Shown here in pieces: positions 35,468 through 50,964 of a DNA stretch of 64,000 nucleotides; position 1 is the first letter of the stretch, and every line of letters begins with the position of its first letter. The notes beneath the pieces were generated by a model that was given only the letters and a program-made list of their open reading frames with translations, had not been told where the DNA came from and did not search any database. The translations under genes were made by a program, and so were the position numbers. Origin of the DNA: the human T2T-CHM13v2.0 reference genome, Homo sapiens; the NCBI RefSeq assembly GCF_009914755.1, contig NC_060938.1; one strand, 5' to 3'.

Positions 35468-36180
35468 TGTTTCAGTCAGCTTGGGCTACTATAACAAAAT
35501 GCCATAGACTGGGTGGCTTAAACCCTGGAAGTGTATTTGGTCACAGTTCTGCAGGCTGAGAGTCTGAGATCAAGTTGCCCACATGGTCAGGTTCTGATGA
35601 GGGCACCTGTTCCTGGCTTGCAGATGGCCACCTTCTCAATATGTCCCCACACGGTGGAGGAAGAGGAAAAAGAGGGTGAAAGAGGTTTGATTTATTTATT
35701 TTTGCAACAGGGTCTTGATCTGTCACCCAGGCTGGAGGCCACCCTGGAGTGCAGTGGTGGTGTGATCACGGCTCACTGCAGCTTTGAACTCCTGGACTCA
35801 AGTGATCCTCTCACTCAGCCTCCTGGCTAGAACTACAGGCATGTACCACCATGCCCAGCTAATTTTTTTTTTTTTTTTTTTTTTTTAATGTAGAGACAAG
35901 GCCTTGCTATGTTGCCCAGGCTGGTCTTGAACTCCTGGGCTCAAGTAATCCCCCTGCTTCAGCCTTCCAAACTGTCATGATTACAGATATGAGCCACTGT
36001 ACCCAGCCAGGAAAGAGAGCTCTTCTTATAAGGCCACAGTCCTATTGGATTAGGGCCCTACCCTTAAGACCTTCCTTAACATTAATTACCTCCTAAAGAC
36101 CTTATCTCCAAATACAGTCACATGTGGGGTTAGGGCTTGAACATATGAACGTTGAGGAGACATATTGAGTCCATAGTAGC
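35468..36180 (-). mobile_element. MLT1A-type MaLR LTR interrupted by AluJ (~35690-36010)
   Basis: ataacaaaatgccatagactgggtggcttaaa...cacagttctg...ccaaatacagtcaca motifs. Confidence 0.75.
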
Positions 36181-37067
36181 ATTTCCAAAGCCATTGAGAG
36201 GAGATGGTGGCCCTGGAGACAGTCGTGTGCTGCTTACTGCAGTGACTGTATTCAGACCATGGAATGCATCACTCAGCGCTGTCCTGAGTCCTCCGCAGAT
36301 TGGTGGGGTGATGAGCGCAATCTCATTTGACCCTCAAAATAACCGCATAAGGTAGTTGTTATTATCCCCATTCTATCGATAGAGAAACTAAGGCTCAGAA
36401 AGGAAAGCTGACTTGCCGAAGGACCCCCAACCCCAGCCGGAAAATGTCAGGTCTCTCTGATGCCAAAGCCTATATGCTCTTAACTACTCTATGAAATTCC
36501 CTTGGAACAGCCAGGGGACACCTACCTGGGCCCATGGGACTGAAGTGGGATGGACTTGCCCTCCGGGAGCCTGATGCCCCATTGGGGCAAGATGCATACA
36601 TGGGATGTGGCAGTGGGCCTAAGTGCCAAGTGCAGGCTCTGCTAGCAAGTGCAGAAGGAGCCCAGAAATCAGTGTGGCCTGGGTGGGTCACCAAGGGTGG
36701 GAAGGGTCCCGCTGGCTGAAGAGAAAGAGGGAGGGCATTCCAGGCCAAGCCACACAATCTCCATGTGCAGGTCCACGCAAGTGTAGCAGGCAGGGGACAG
36801 TGAGCTCGGCAGTTGACTGGAGGACAGAGAGGCTGAAGGGCAGACATGGCAGGAAAGCTGAGAGGTGGGCAGAGGTCAGGTGCTGGCAGGCCTGGAATGT
36901 CACTGAGGTTCTGCAGCAGGTGGTATTCATGTGCTGTTTCCGCAGTGGGGGCAGAAAGGCCTAGGACGAGCATTGGCTTTAGTAGGGTATCAACCCTGAG
37001 CAGGGGCCACAGGGCTGTGTTTGTTATGTGGCCGGTCAGAGAGGGTAGGTTCAGGTAAAGAAAATGG

Positions 37068-37541
37068 GGCTGAGTACAGTGGCTCAGCCTGTAATCCCAG
37101 CACTTTGAGAGGCCGAGGCAGGAGGGTCACTTGAGGCCAAGAGTTCGAGGCCAGCCTGGGCAACATAGCAAGACCCTGTTTCTATTTTATTTTGTTTTAT
37201 TTTATTTTATTTTATTTTATTTTATTTATTTTATTTTATTTTATTTTATTTTATTTTATTTTATTTTAGAGAGTCTTGCTCTGTCACTCAGGTTGGAGTG
37301 CAATGATGTTATCTCTGCTCACTGCAACCTCCTGGGTTCAAGCGATTCTCCTGCCACAGCCTCCTGAGTAACTGGGATTACAGGCCTGAGCCACCACACC
37401 TGGCTGATTTTTGTATTTTTAGTAGAGACAGAGTTTTACCATTTTCACCAGGCTTGTCTCAAACTCCTGACTTCAAGTGATCTACCTGCCTCAGCCTCCC
37501 AAAGTGCTGGGATTACAGGTGTGAGCCATCGCACCCAGCCT
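37068..37541. mobile_element. FLAM (+, ~37068-37180) with reverse AluS and (TTTTA)n inserted in its tail
   Basis: ttctatttt on both sides of the AluS. Confidence 0.8.
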
Positions 37542-37749
37542 TCTATTTTTGAAAAAGAAAAGAAAATGGGTTGACATGAGGCTCACACCACAGCACAGAG
37601 CTGAGCTTCACTTTCCTCAGATGGCAGCTGCCAGTAGTCCCAGGCCTGCCTCCGCATAGCAGCTGTGGCCTTAGGAAAGATCATGTGGCTGGTAGGACCT
37701 TCAGAGATTCACTGACTTCGTCATGCTCACCAGCAAGGTTTCTTTTTGT

Positions 37750-38135
<386 letters not shown>

Positions 38136-38406
38136 ACTGGCAAGTTTTCAAGCCCCTCACAAGAGGGCCCATTCGACCAGTGGCGTGCTGGCAAATGCTT
38201 ACACTAGGCTCTTGGGGGAGGGAGCTGAGGCAATTCTGTAGGATTGGACTTGCATGGTGCAAATACTCCCATCACAGCCACTATTGAGCTACCAACACCA
38301 TGTGACCAAATGCAGAGCAGGGAAGAGATTGACATTGTGGGCTCTTATGAGCCCATCTGAGCTGGCTCCAACTCTCCCTGCATGTAAACTTTAAACTCTC
38401 ATACGT

Positions 38407-38407
<1 letters not shown>

Positions 38408-38442
<35 letters not shown>
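38408..38442. repeat. (CA)n microsatellite
   Basis: About 17 CA units. Confidence 0.95.
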
Positions 38443-38448
<6 letters not shown>

Positions 38449-39201
38449 CAGCTTTCAGAATCGCCACCACATTCTGCTCACACCCCGTCACTACAACAGC
38501 ACTTATTAGCAGGGGCCCTGGAGGAAGGAGCCAGCCACTCTGGGTGTCCCTGAATCTCTGGGCTTTGAGCGCCAATCGGACCTTCCCCTAGAGGGTGCTT
38601 GGTGGCTCATCATAGCTCCAAACATGAGTCCTGGGAGAGCCCCTGGGGCAGGTCCAAATGCTCCACATGTTGACCTCAAGGACGTGGCCTCCCCAGCAGT
38701 CAAAAAGCACCAAAGTCACAGAGCCCTCAGTTAGACCTGAGTCCCAGAAGGAGACTGGGGAGTAGCCCGAGACAAAGGGAAGAAGGAGACTGGGGAGCAG
38801 CCTGAGACAAACGGAATGCCAATGTCACACTGGGGTGCTCGGGGCTGCAGATTGCCAGCTTTCATGTTACTTGCCAAAGACCCATCTTAGCAGCTTGCAT
38901 CTTCTTGCGTTCCTTTTCCTAGAGGAGACCCTAAGTGGCTGGAGGTGAGAGCTCAAGGGGCTGAAGGTGTCCAAAGGGAAGAACCACAGCTCTCCTGCTG
39001 TGCTGAGCCAGGGTGGTGGTTCAGCGGGACAGAGGCAGCCAGACCTGGAAGCCAGTAGTGGGGTTCCCGCTCCAGCTGGCCACCTGTGCAGGGGCCCAGC
39101 TGCCTGTGGGGACGTCACTGGCCAGCTGAGGCCTTTGTGAGGGTGTGGAGCTTGAGTTGGTAAGGATGGCTGAGCTGGTGTCCCTGTGGGCTCCCATGTG
39201 A

Positions 39202-39483
<282 letters not shown>

Positions 39484-39602
39484 TAGCAGAGAGTCTGGAG
39501 AGCAAATCCTCTTGGGGCAAAAGACCCCCTGCCCCTGTCCTGGGCTGGACCCTCACTCTCCTGTGCCCCAGACCCTGCCCCAACCCTTCCTCTTCTCTCT
39601 GA

Positions 39603-39968
<366 letters not shown>

Positions 39969-39971
39969 TGA

Positions 39972-40124
<153 letters not shown>

Positions 40125-40742
40125 TAAGTGCTCACAGCCAGGAGGGCAGCCTGCAGATCCAGGATGGGGTGGGCGGGGCTGCCCCTGAACTCCCTGCCTC
40201 TCTGCTGGGATCCTGGTGGGCACAGGGCCAGGGCTGTGGGAGATGGCTAGGGTAGGGGAGAGCAGACAGGCCAGGTTTTAGAGCATCTGTGAGGGGTCCC
40301 CTGAGTGAGCTTGAAAAGTGTCTAGGTCACAGGTGGCAGGTGTGGGTACCATTTGTCTCCAACTCTTGGGAGTTGTATTTGATGCCTCCTGACACCCATC
40401 TCACCTCCCCAGGCCCATAATTAATTCTAGCAAGGACTAGAGCTAGTGCTTTGTAAATTAGGGTCAAGATCACAGAAATCTCCTGCCAACCCAGTCCATT
40501 TTTATGTAAACCACTGTCCTGACACCTGCCTAGTCAGGCTAGGTCATGCTTTTAGTTCCAAAAACACCGACCGTGTGCTCTGTGGCAGGCCTTGCACTGG
40601 GTAGCGGACATTCAGTAATGTAAAAAAGCCACCCAGGAAGCAATCTCCTCCCTGCTCTAAAAGTGCTGTTGGCCCAGCCCCCAGTGGCCCACTTTGCAGC
40701 CTGGGCCAGCCTCCAGCTACTGTAACTGATCCGTGCTGGTGA

Positions 40743-41111
<369 letters not shown>

Positions 41112-42002
41112 TGAGGGAACAGAGACCAGTTTGGCACCTGGAGGGCTTCCTGGTACACTACGCATCCTTTTGGCCAACATGACTGAAGGCAGGAGCGTCT
41201 GATGGTTAAGAGCCTGGGCTCTGGATCCAGCTTCATCATTTGTCACCCATCTCAGCTGTGTATATCTTTAGGCAGCTCAGCCTCTCTAAGCCTCAATTTC
41301 CTCATCCTTAAAATCGAGTTAAAAATAGTCTCTAGCTTTTAGAGGATTGGGTTAAATGAGACAATGTCTGTAAGTGCTTGAGCCAGACATGCAGTAAGGG
41401 CTCCATAAGTGGAGTTGATGTTGTTATCCTATCCTGGGTCCCCAGGGTCTGGCTTGTCCCCAGTACCCTTGCCCCAGGCCATTTTAAACCTTGCCACAGC
41501 ATTCCAGACCTTGTGCCCCTGACAGGTTGGTAAACATGCACTGTTTGGGAGAGAAGATGAGACTGAGGGTTTGCCTTCAGCCTGGGACCCTCTCCCCTCT
41601 GCCTGCTTAGACACTTGGGGCCCCAGCACTTGCTCCCCTATGCCTGCTTCAGAACTTCCTAGGTTCTGCCCTCCTTACTAGCCAGACATTAGTGCAGGTG
41701 GAAGGTGGGTGTGGGACTAGCCCAGGTGCAGCAGGCCTGGGGGATGCAGAGACTGCTTTGAACTTCCAAGGATGAGGCCCCTCATAACCCTAGGAAAAGA
41801 AAAAGCAGGATGATGATGGGGGAAGGAGGGTGGCAGCTTCCATCACCAGGAGCTGGCCCACCCTCTGGCTGGCAGGGCTGCAGGCCCCTTCCTTGGGAGA
41901 TGCTGGGGGTGACAGCGACCACCTCAGGCACCAGCTCCCTCAGGACCTCAGAGCACTTTCCTGATTGTGTGTGCATGTGTGTGTGTGTGCTTGTTTTGGC
42001 AG

Positions 42003-42055
42003 ACAAACTGATGGAAGAGACCGAAGAACTCTGCCTTCAGAGGGAGCAGAGAGAG
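42003..42055 (+). CDS. PLEKHD1: PLEKHD1 coding exon 6 (DKLMEETEELCLQREQRE)
   Basis: cag| acceptor, 53 nt, donor GAG|gtaggt; cumulative 555 nt, in frame. Confidence 0.92.
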
Positions 42056-42571
42056 GTAGGTGCACACCAAGGGGCTCTCAGCAGCCGTGGTGTAATGGCT
42101 CACGTTTCTAGCACTAGGGAATGATGCAGGGGAGCTGGGTGCACAGAGGACTTGCTAGAAGATCAGATGGGGCAGGGCGGGGAGGCCAAATGGGATCACA
42201 GTGCTTGCTTGGGACTTGCTGTAACTTGTTGGTAAGAAGTGTCTTTCTCCTTACCAACCCCTGGGAGTAAAGTGAAAAGGGTGGGTGATGACCTTCTAGA
42301 GAAAGAGCCATCCAAAGTGTCATCAGCTGCATCAGTTGGTAATGAGCTGCTTGTCAATGATGTTCACGGGAGCTATAATGCCCTCTGTTATCCATAGAGG
42401 GCTATCTGGCACCTGAGGGTGATTGGGCTTGATGATCTCAGAAGTTCCTTCATTCTCTGAATGTCAAAAGTCCACAGCAGGCTAAGCACTGGCTTGAGGC
42501 AGACTGGAGGGTAAAGGAGACTCTTGCCTTGTGTGAAGGAGGGGAGCCACCGAAGCCCTCTTCTTCATTTA

Positions 42572-43242
<671 letters not shown>

Positions 43243-46028
43243 TTATCTGAAAAATGCAGATGATAATAGAATCCATCTTAGGGATGTTGTGATGATTTAG
43301 TGAGATGTTCCATATAAAGTGTTTGGCACATAGTACATGCTTAACGAATATCTGTGTTTGTTAGCATTATGATCGTATTATTAATATAGGCCCATGCTGC
43401 AAGTGAACTGTCTGAGGCCTGAAGCAGCAGAGTGGCTTGACCAGAGCAGCCTGCAGAGGGAGGGCCTTATTTAGTTCACTTTTCTTTGCCTAGTCACTTG
43501 TCCTTGTCCTCTCCCAGGCAAGTCACAGGGCAGGGGCTATCAGCCTTGGCTCAGAACCTCTAACTTGACTCTTAGGAAGTCCTCAGTTTTCCCACCCACC
43601 CCTCCCTGGGCTCTGAAACAGGCCATATCATCAAAAAGCATCATGTCCCCTTTGCACCCCAAATATTCCCAGGGCCTGGCACAGCTCCTGGCCCAAGACG
43701 AGTTCTTGGTAAATGTTTGTGGAATGAATTAGTAAATGAATGGGATTGATTTTTCACAACTTTACATCTTAATTTTAATCCAACAGGACAATCCACCCTC
43801 ATTTTTCTTCTTCTAAAATTGTATTGGTTATTCTTGCTCATTTTATCCTTCCAGCTGGACTTCAGAATCATTTCATTGATTAAAGAGAAAATAAAAAAAG
43901 AATGGGGATTTGTATTTGGATGGCATGGATTTGAGGACTGGCATTATAATGGCAATGAGTCTTCTTCCATCACCAGAGTTGGTCCTCTGTGTCTCCAGGC
44001 TCTCCTCTAGGTCCTGTGTTAGGGTTTTGGCATTTTCTGCACACAATTCTATACATTTCAAGCAAGGCTTCTGTATTGTCAGCAAATTAAAAACAGGTGC
44101 CCAGGGATGGGATGGAGTGGCAGACACAGCCACTGGCAGGGAGAGAGACAGACTTATCCATCAGAGAGGCTAAATCTGGGGCAGCAGTTGGCTGGAGGAA
44201 AATTTAGACACTCTATCTAGGTCTTTAGCCAGGAAATTAGGACAGCGGAGACCCACTGCACACAGGCCTCCCTTAATGCCACAGCACAGGGAAGGAGGGA
44301 GGCCTGTCAGCTGTGAACTCCCTGGCTTTCTGGTATAAAATGTGAATGAGACTCAGGCCCAGCTGGTACCCACCATGAAGGCTGTTCTGGGCATGGAGAG
44401 AACTGTGCCTCAGTTCTCATTTTTTGTCAGCTGCATGCTCTAGATCTGGAATAGAGCTCAGGTTCTAGTCTTTGCCACTGAGTCATTCAGTCAAAGTTTC
44501 TTCTTCCTTAACTTTCTCATGCATAGGATGGGTCTGCCTGTCTCCTGCACTTTTCCCATCTGCACTCAGGTCAGAGATTGTCTGGGTGTGCCTTGAGCCG
44601 CTGAGGCAATTGATGTAATGGCCTAGTGATAAGATGAAGGTTCTTCTGCTGATTGCTGTGGTCTCTTTGAGACAACATGGCCTAAAGAAAGACTGAAGAT
44701 ATGGAACCAGGAGACCTGGATTGGAGTCTTAACTCTATCACTGACTGTGTGATGTTGGGCATGTCAGTTACCCTCTCTGAGCTTCAATTTCCCCCCATCT
44801 GGGATGTCTGATTAGAGTTATGCTGGCTGCTGCGTACTTCTAGGGTTGCTGCGAGGCCCAATGAAGTAGAACGCGGGGAAGGGATTTGTGAACTGGAAAG
44901 GCCCTTGTGCACTGTGTGATGTACAGTCCTGACATCCTCCATGCAGCAGAAAAGTCCTGGGACTCTGGAGGAATGAGCAGAGCGTGCAGGGGGAACCCTC
45001 CTGACTCATCTTCCCAGAGCCGGAAGTCCATGCCCTTCCCTGGGTTCCTGGTCTTTGGCTCCCTCTGGCCTTATCCCTCTCACCCCTGGAGGAGGGCAGC
45101 CTGCCTACCTTTCCCCTTCTGACTGAGTTGTGAGAGCTCAGCCATGCACATGAGCAGGTGCAGGAGAAAAATCAGAAATGCCCAGGGTAGGGCAGGGTTT
45201 CTGGCAAGGTTCTTGCCACCTGGAGTGCTCACAGTCAGAGTACAGACTCTTTGAGTTGGAAAAAATGTGCCACTACAACTGAAGCTCTTTGTCAACCTTT
45301 TTGGTGGACATTGTTCCTGGTTCTGTGACGAATGACTCACTACCTCCAGAGGTGTCCTTTGCATGATTTCTCAGTTATTTGAAAGCTCTTCCTTTCATTG
45401 AGCTGAAGTGTGCCTTCTAGTGACTTTTTCTCACCTTTATACTCCTGCAACTTAAGTCAGACCCAAGATTCAGCAGAACACACGATATAGTAGAGAAAGG
45501 TTTGAATTGTGGCAGGGCTTAGCAGACAACTCAGTCTATAATGGGGCTGCTACAAACACTCAAGCCATGCTGGGCTTCAGGAACAGCAAGTTCTGGCTGC
45601 TCCAGGTTTATAAGTGGTAACTTCCACTCTTATCAGCATTCTCAGGCTACACTTGGACACTGGCTTCCTTTAAGAAACATACAGGTGAAGTGAAAAGTGG
45701 AAAAGAAATGAGAAAGGAAGTGAGAATTTCTCTTTCCTTAATAAACTTTATTTTTTGGAGCAGTTTAGATTCACAGCAAAACTACGCAGCAAATACAGAG
45801 ATTTTCCACATAACACTTGTTCCCCACAGGGTTCCCCACTGTCAATATCCAGCACCACAGTGATACATTTGTTACAATCAATGAGTCAACATTGACACAC
45901 TGTCACCCAAAGTTCATAGCATACATTAGGGTTCACTCTTGGTGTTGTACATCCTCTGGATTTTGGCAAACGTATAACAATATGTATCTACCACTGTAGT
46001 ATCATACACAATAGTTTCACTGCCCTAA

Positions 46029-46247
<219 letters not shown>

Positions 46248-47773
46248 TAGAAGAGACGGGGCTTCACCGTGTTAGCCAGGATGGCCTCGAACTCCTGACC
46301 TCATGATCCCCCCTCCTCGGCCTCCCAAAGTGCTGGGATTACAGGCATGAGCCACCGTGCCCAGCCACTGCTGATCTTTTTACTGTATCCATAGTTTTGC
46401 CTTTTCCAGAATGTCATGTAGCTGGAGTCATATGGTATGTAGCTTTTTTAGATTGGCTTCTTTCACTTAGTAATGTGCATTCAGGTTTCCTCCGTGTCTT
46501 TTTGTGGCTTGATAGCTCATTTCTTTTCAGTGCTGAATGATATTACCTTATCCGCATGTCCTACAGTTTGTTTATCCCTCTCCCTACTTAAGGACATCTT
46601 GGTTGCCTCCAAGTTTTGACAATTATGAATAAAATTGCTATAAACATCCATGTGCAGGTTTTTGTGTGGACATACATTTTCAGTTTATTTGGAAAAGTAA
46701 TAAGGAGTATGATTGTTGGATTGCATGGTGAAAATATGTTCAGTTTTGTAAGAAGTTGCCAAACTGTCTTCCAAAGTAGCTGTACCATTTTGTATTTGCA
46801 GTAGCAATGAATGAGAGTTCCTGTTGCTCCACATCCTTGCCAGCATTTGGTGTTGTCAGGGATTTGAATTTTGGCTATTTTATTTTTTATTTCAATTTTT
46901 AGTTTTTGAGACAGAGTCTTGCTCTGTTGCCCAGACTGGAGTGCAGTGGAGTGTGGCTCACTGCAGCCTTGAATTCCTGGGTTTAAGAGATCCTCTCACC
47001 TCAGCCTCCTGAGTAGCTGGGACTATAGGTGCACTCCAGCACACTTGGCTAATTTTTTTAAATTATTTTTATAGAGATGGGGTCTCCTTATGTTGAACTC
47101 CTGAGATCAAGTGATCTCCCCTCTTGGCCTCCTAAAGTGCTGGGATTACAGGCATAGCCACTGTATCTGGCTGATTTTGGCCACTTTCATGAGTTTAGCG
47201 GTAGCTCGTTGTTATTTTAATTTGCAATTACCTAATCATATATGATGTTGGACATCCTTTTATATGCTTATATGCCATCTTAAAATTTTTATTTATTTTT
47301 TTAGGCCGGGCGTGGTGGCTCACGCCTGTAATCCTAGAACTTTGGGAAGCTGAGGCAGGCGGATCATGAGATGAGGAGTTCGAGACCAGCCTGGCCAACA
47401 TGGTGAAATGCTGTCTCTACTAAAATACAAAAATTAGCCGGGGGTGGTGATGTGTGCCTATAATCCCAGCTACTTGGGAGGCTGAGGCAGGAGAATTGCT
47501 TGAACCCAGGAGGCAGAGGTTACAGTGAGCCGAGATTGTGCCACAGCACTACAGCCTGGGTGACAGAGCAAGACTCCATCTCAAAAAAAAAAAACAAAAA
47601 CAAAAAAACTATTTTTGAGTCAGGGTCCCACACTGTCATCCAGGCTGAGTGCAGTGGCGTGATCACGGTTAACTGTAGCCTCCCAGGCTAAAGTGATCCA
47701 CCTGCCTCAGCCTCCCAAGTAGCTGGGACTACAGGCATGCACCACCATGCACGGCTAATTTTTTATTTTTTGT

Positions 47774-48218
47774 TGTTGCCTGCCACAATCCCTGGTGGAC
47801 TGAACAAATGGGGGCAAACATGGGACTAAAAGACAAGAGACGAAAGAGTATATTTGGAAGAAGGGGTCTGGGGCACCTCACGGACAAGTGCCCTGAGCTT
47901 TACACAGCCCTCCATATTTATTAGGCAAAAGAGATAGTGAGAAAGTGGGGGTGATTATCGGGTAATTGTCAGTTGACTGTTTGATTCACAGCAAGCTTGT
48001 GAGACTGCATTCTTTGAACAATAGGCACTAGATTCTCAACAGGTAACTTCAAGGAGCCCAGCGCCAGGGAGTGATGGCCCTCAGTAAGCCTTTTGGTGGC
48101 AGGTGTGTAAGTTTGCTCACATTCTACATTCATGATAAACAGTTTGCTGTTTGATCATATAGCCGCCAGTAGAATGCTGAGTTGGTCACAATCCCTTTGG
48201 CCTTTTCGGCTCCCAACA
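47774..48218 (-). mobile_element. LTR3 solo LTR (HERV-K HML-6 group) inside an AluJ
   Basis: Reverse strand starts tgttgggagccgaaaaggccaaagggattgtgaccaactcagc; 6-bp TSD ttttgt/ttttat. Confidence 0.8.
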
Positions 48219-50657
48219 TTTTATGGAGATGGGGTCTTGCTCTGTTGCCCAGGCTGGTCTTGCATTCCTGAACACAAGTGATCCTCCCACTTTGGCCTCC
48301 CAAAATCCTGGGATTACAGATGTGAGCCACTGTGCCTGGCCTGCCATCTTTATATCTTCTTTGCTAAGATGTCTGGGTCTTTTGCCCATTTTTTTATTGT
48401 TGAGCTTCATGAGTTCTTTGTATATTTTGCATAACAGTCCTTTATTAGATGTGTCTGGGAATGTTTTCTCCTAGTTTGTGACTTGTTTTCTTATTCTCTT
48501 GATGTCATTCACAGGGAATAAAATTTTAATTTTAATGAAATCCATCTTATCAATTACTTCCTTCAAAGATCATGCCTTTTGTGTTATGTCTTAAAAAGTC
48601 AGTACTGTAGATTTTCATCACCTTGATAAAAATCTTTTTGTAGACATCACCTAGGTTGTCTCCTATGTTATCTTCTAGGAGTTGTATACTTTTGTGTTTT
48701 GCATTTAGCTCTATGATCCATTGTGATTTATTTTTTGTGAAAAGTGTTTAAGGTCTGTGTAGAGTCTTTTTTTTTTCTTTTGCATGTGGCTGTCCAGTTG
48801 TTCAAGTACCATATGTTGAAAAGACTATCTTAGGCCACGCACGGTGGCTCATGCCTGTAATCCCAGCACTTTGGGAGGTCGAGGCGGGTGGATCACCTGA
48901 GGTCAGGAGTTCGAAACCAGCCTAGCCAACATGGTGAAACCCTGCCTCTACTAAAAATACAAAAATTAGCCAGGCGTGGTGGCGGGCGCCTGTAATCCCA
49001 GCTACTCAGGAGACTGAGGCAGGAGAATCACTTGAACCCAGGAGGCAGAGGTTGCTGTGAGCCAAGATCACACCACTGCACCCCAGCCTGGGTTACAGAG
49101 TGAGACTCCATCTCAAAAAAAAAAAAGACTGGCTTTTCCAATACTATTGTACTGCCTTTGCTCCATTGTCAGAGTTGAATTGACTATATTTATGTTAGTA
49201 TGTTTCCGAGCTCTCTATTCTGTTCTATTTATATATTTGTTTATTTTTTCATCAATACCACAATGTCTTGATTGCTGTAGCTTTATAGTAAGTCTTAAAG
49301 TTGGGTAGTCTCAGTCTTCCAATTTTCTCCTTCAATATTGAGTTGGCTATTATGGGTGTTTTGCCTCTCCATGTAAACTTTAGAATCAATTTGTCAGTTT
49401 CCACAAAACAACATGCTGGGATTTTAATTGAGATTGTATTGAATCTATAGATCAAGTTGGGAAATGATATCTTGCAAATATTGAATCATCCTATTTATGA
49501 ACATGGACTATCCCTTCATTTTAGTTCTTTGATATCTTTTATTACATTCTGTAGTTTTCTACATATAGATTTTGTACATTATTTTTAGATTTATACCTAA
49601 GTATTTCATTTTGGAGGGTGCTAATGTCAATGGTAATGTGTTGTTACATTTCAAATTTCCACTGCACTCCAGCTGGGTGACAGAGCAAGACCCTATCTTC
49701 AAAAGAAAAAAAAAATCTCAAATTCCACCTTTTTATTGCCAGTATATAGGAAAATAATTGACTTTGTACATTAATCTTGTATCCTACAATCTTGCTACAA
49801 TTGCTTATTAATTCCAGGAATTTTTTTGGTCAATTCTTCCAGATTTTCTATATAGACAATCATGTCATCTGTGAACAGAGACAGTATTATTTCTTTCTTT
49901 GTAATCTGTATACCTTCTATTTCCTTTTCTTGTCTGATTGTGTTAGTTAGGAATTCCAGTACAATGTTGAGAAGCACTGGTGAGAAGGGACATCCTCATC
50001 TTCTTCCTTTCTGATCTTATCAGGCAAGCTTCTAGTTTCTCACCATTTAGTATGATGTTAGCTGTAGGTGTTTGTAGATGTTCTCTATCACATTGAGGAA
50101 GTTCCTCTCTATTACTAGTTTGTTGAGAGTTTTCATCATCAATTGGTGTTGGATTTTGTCAAATGCTTTTTCCATGTGATTCTTTTTCTCTTCTTTAGCC
50201 TGTTGATGTGATGGATTATATTAATTGATTTTCAAATATTGAACCAGCCTTGTATACTTGGGAATAAATTCCACTTAGTTGTGATGTATTATTCGTTTGG
50301 ATTTGGTTTTCTTTGTTTTGTTTGTTTGTTTGTTTGTTGTTTGTTTGTTTTGAAACAGAGTTTCAGTCTTGTTGTCCAGGCTAGAGTTGCAGTAGTGTGA
50401 TCTTGGCTAACTGTTACCTCTGCCTCCTGGGTTCAAGCGATCCTCCTGCCTCAGCCTCCCAAGTAGCTGGGATTAAAGGTATGTGCCACCATGCCCTGCT
50501 AATTTTGTATTTTTAGTAGAGATGGAGTTTCATCACGTTGGTCAGGCTGGTTTCAACCTCCTGACCTCAGATAATCCACCTGCCTCCGCCTCCCAAAGTG
50601 CTGGGTTTACAGGCATGAGCCACCTCACACAGACCATTGTTGGATTTGATTTGTTAA

Positions 50658-50964
<307 letters not shown>

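Noticed and set aside
36470-36973. 167-aa ORF on the - strand
   Set aside because: Overlaps L2-like sequence, non-ATG start, no recognisable domain
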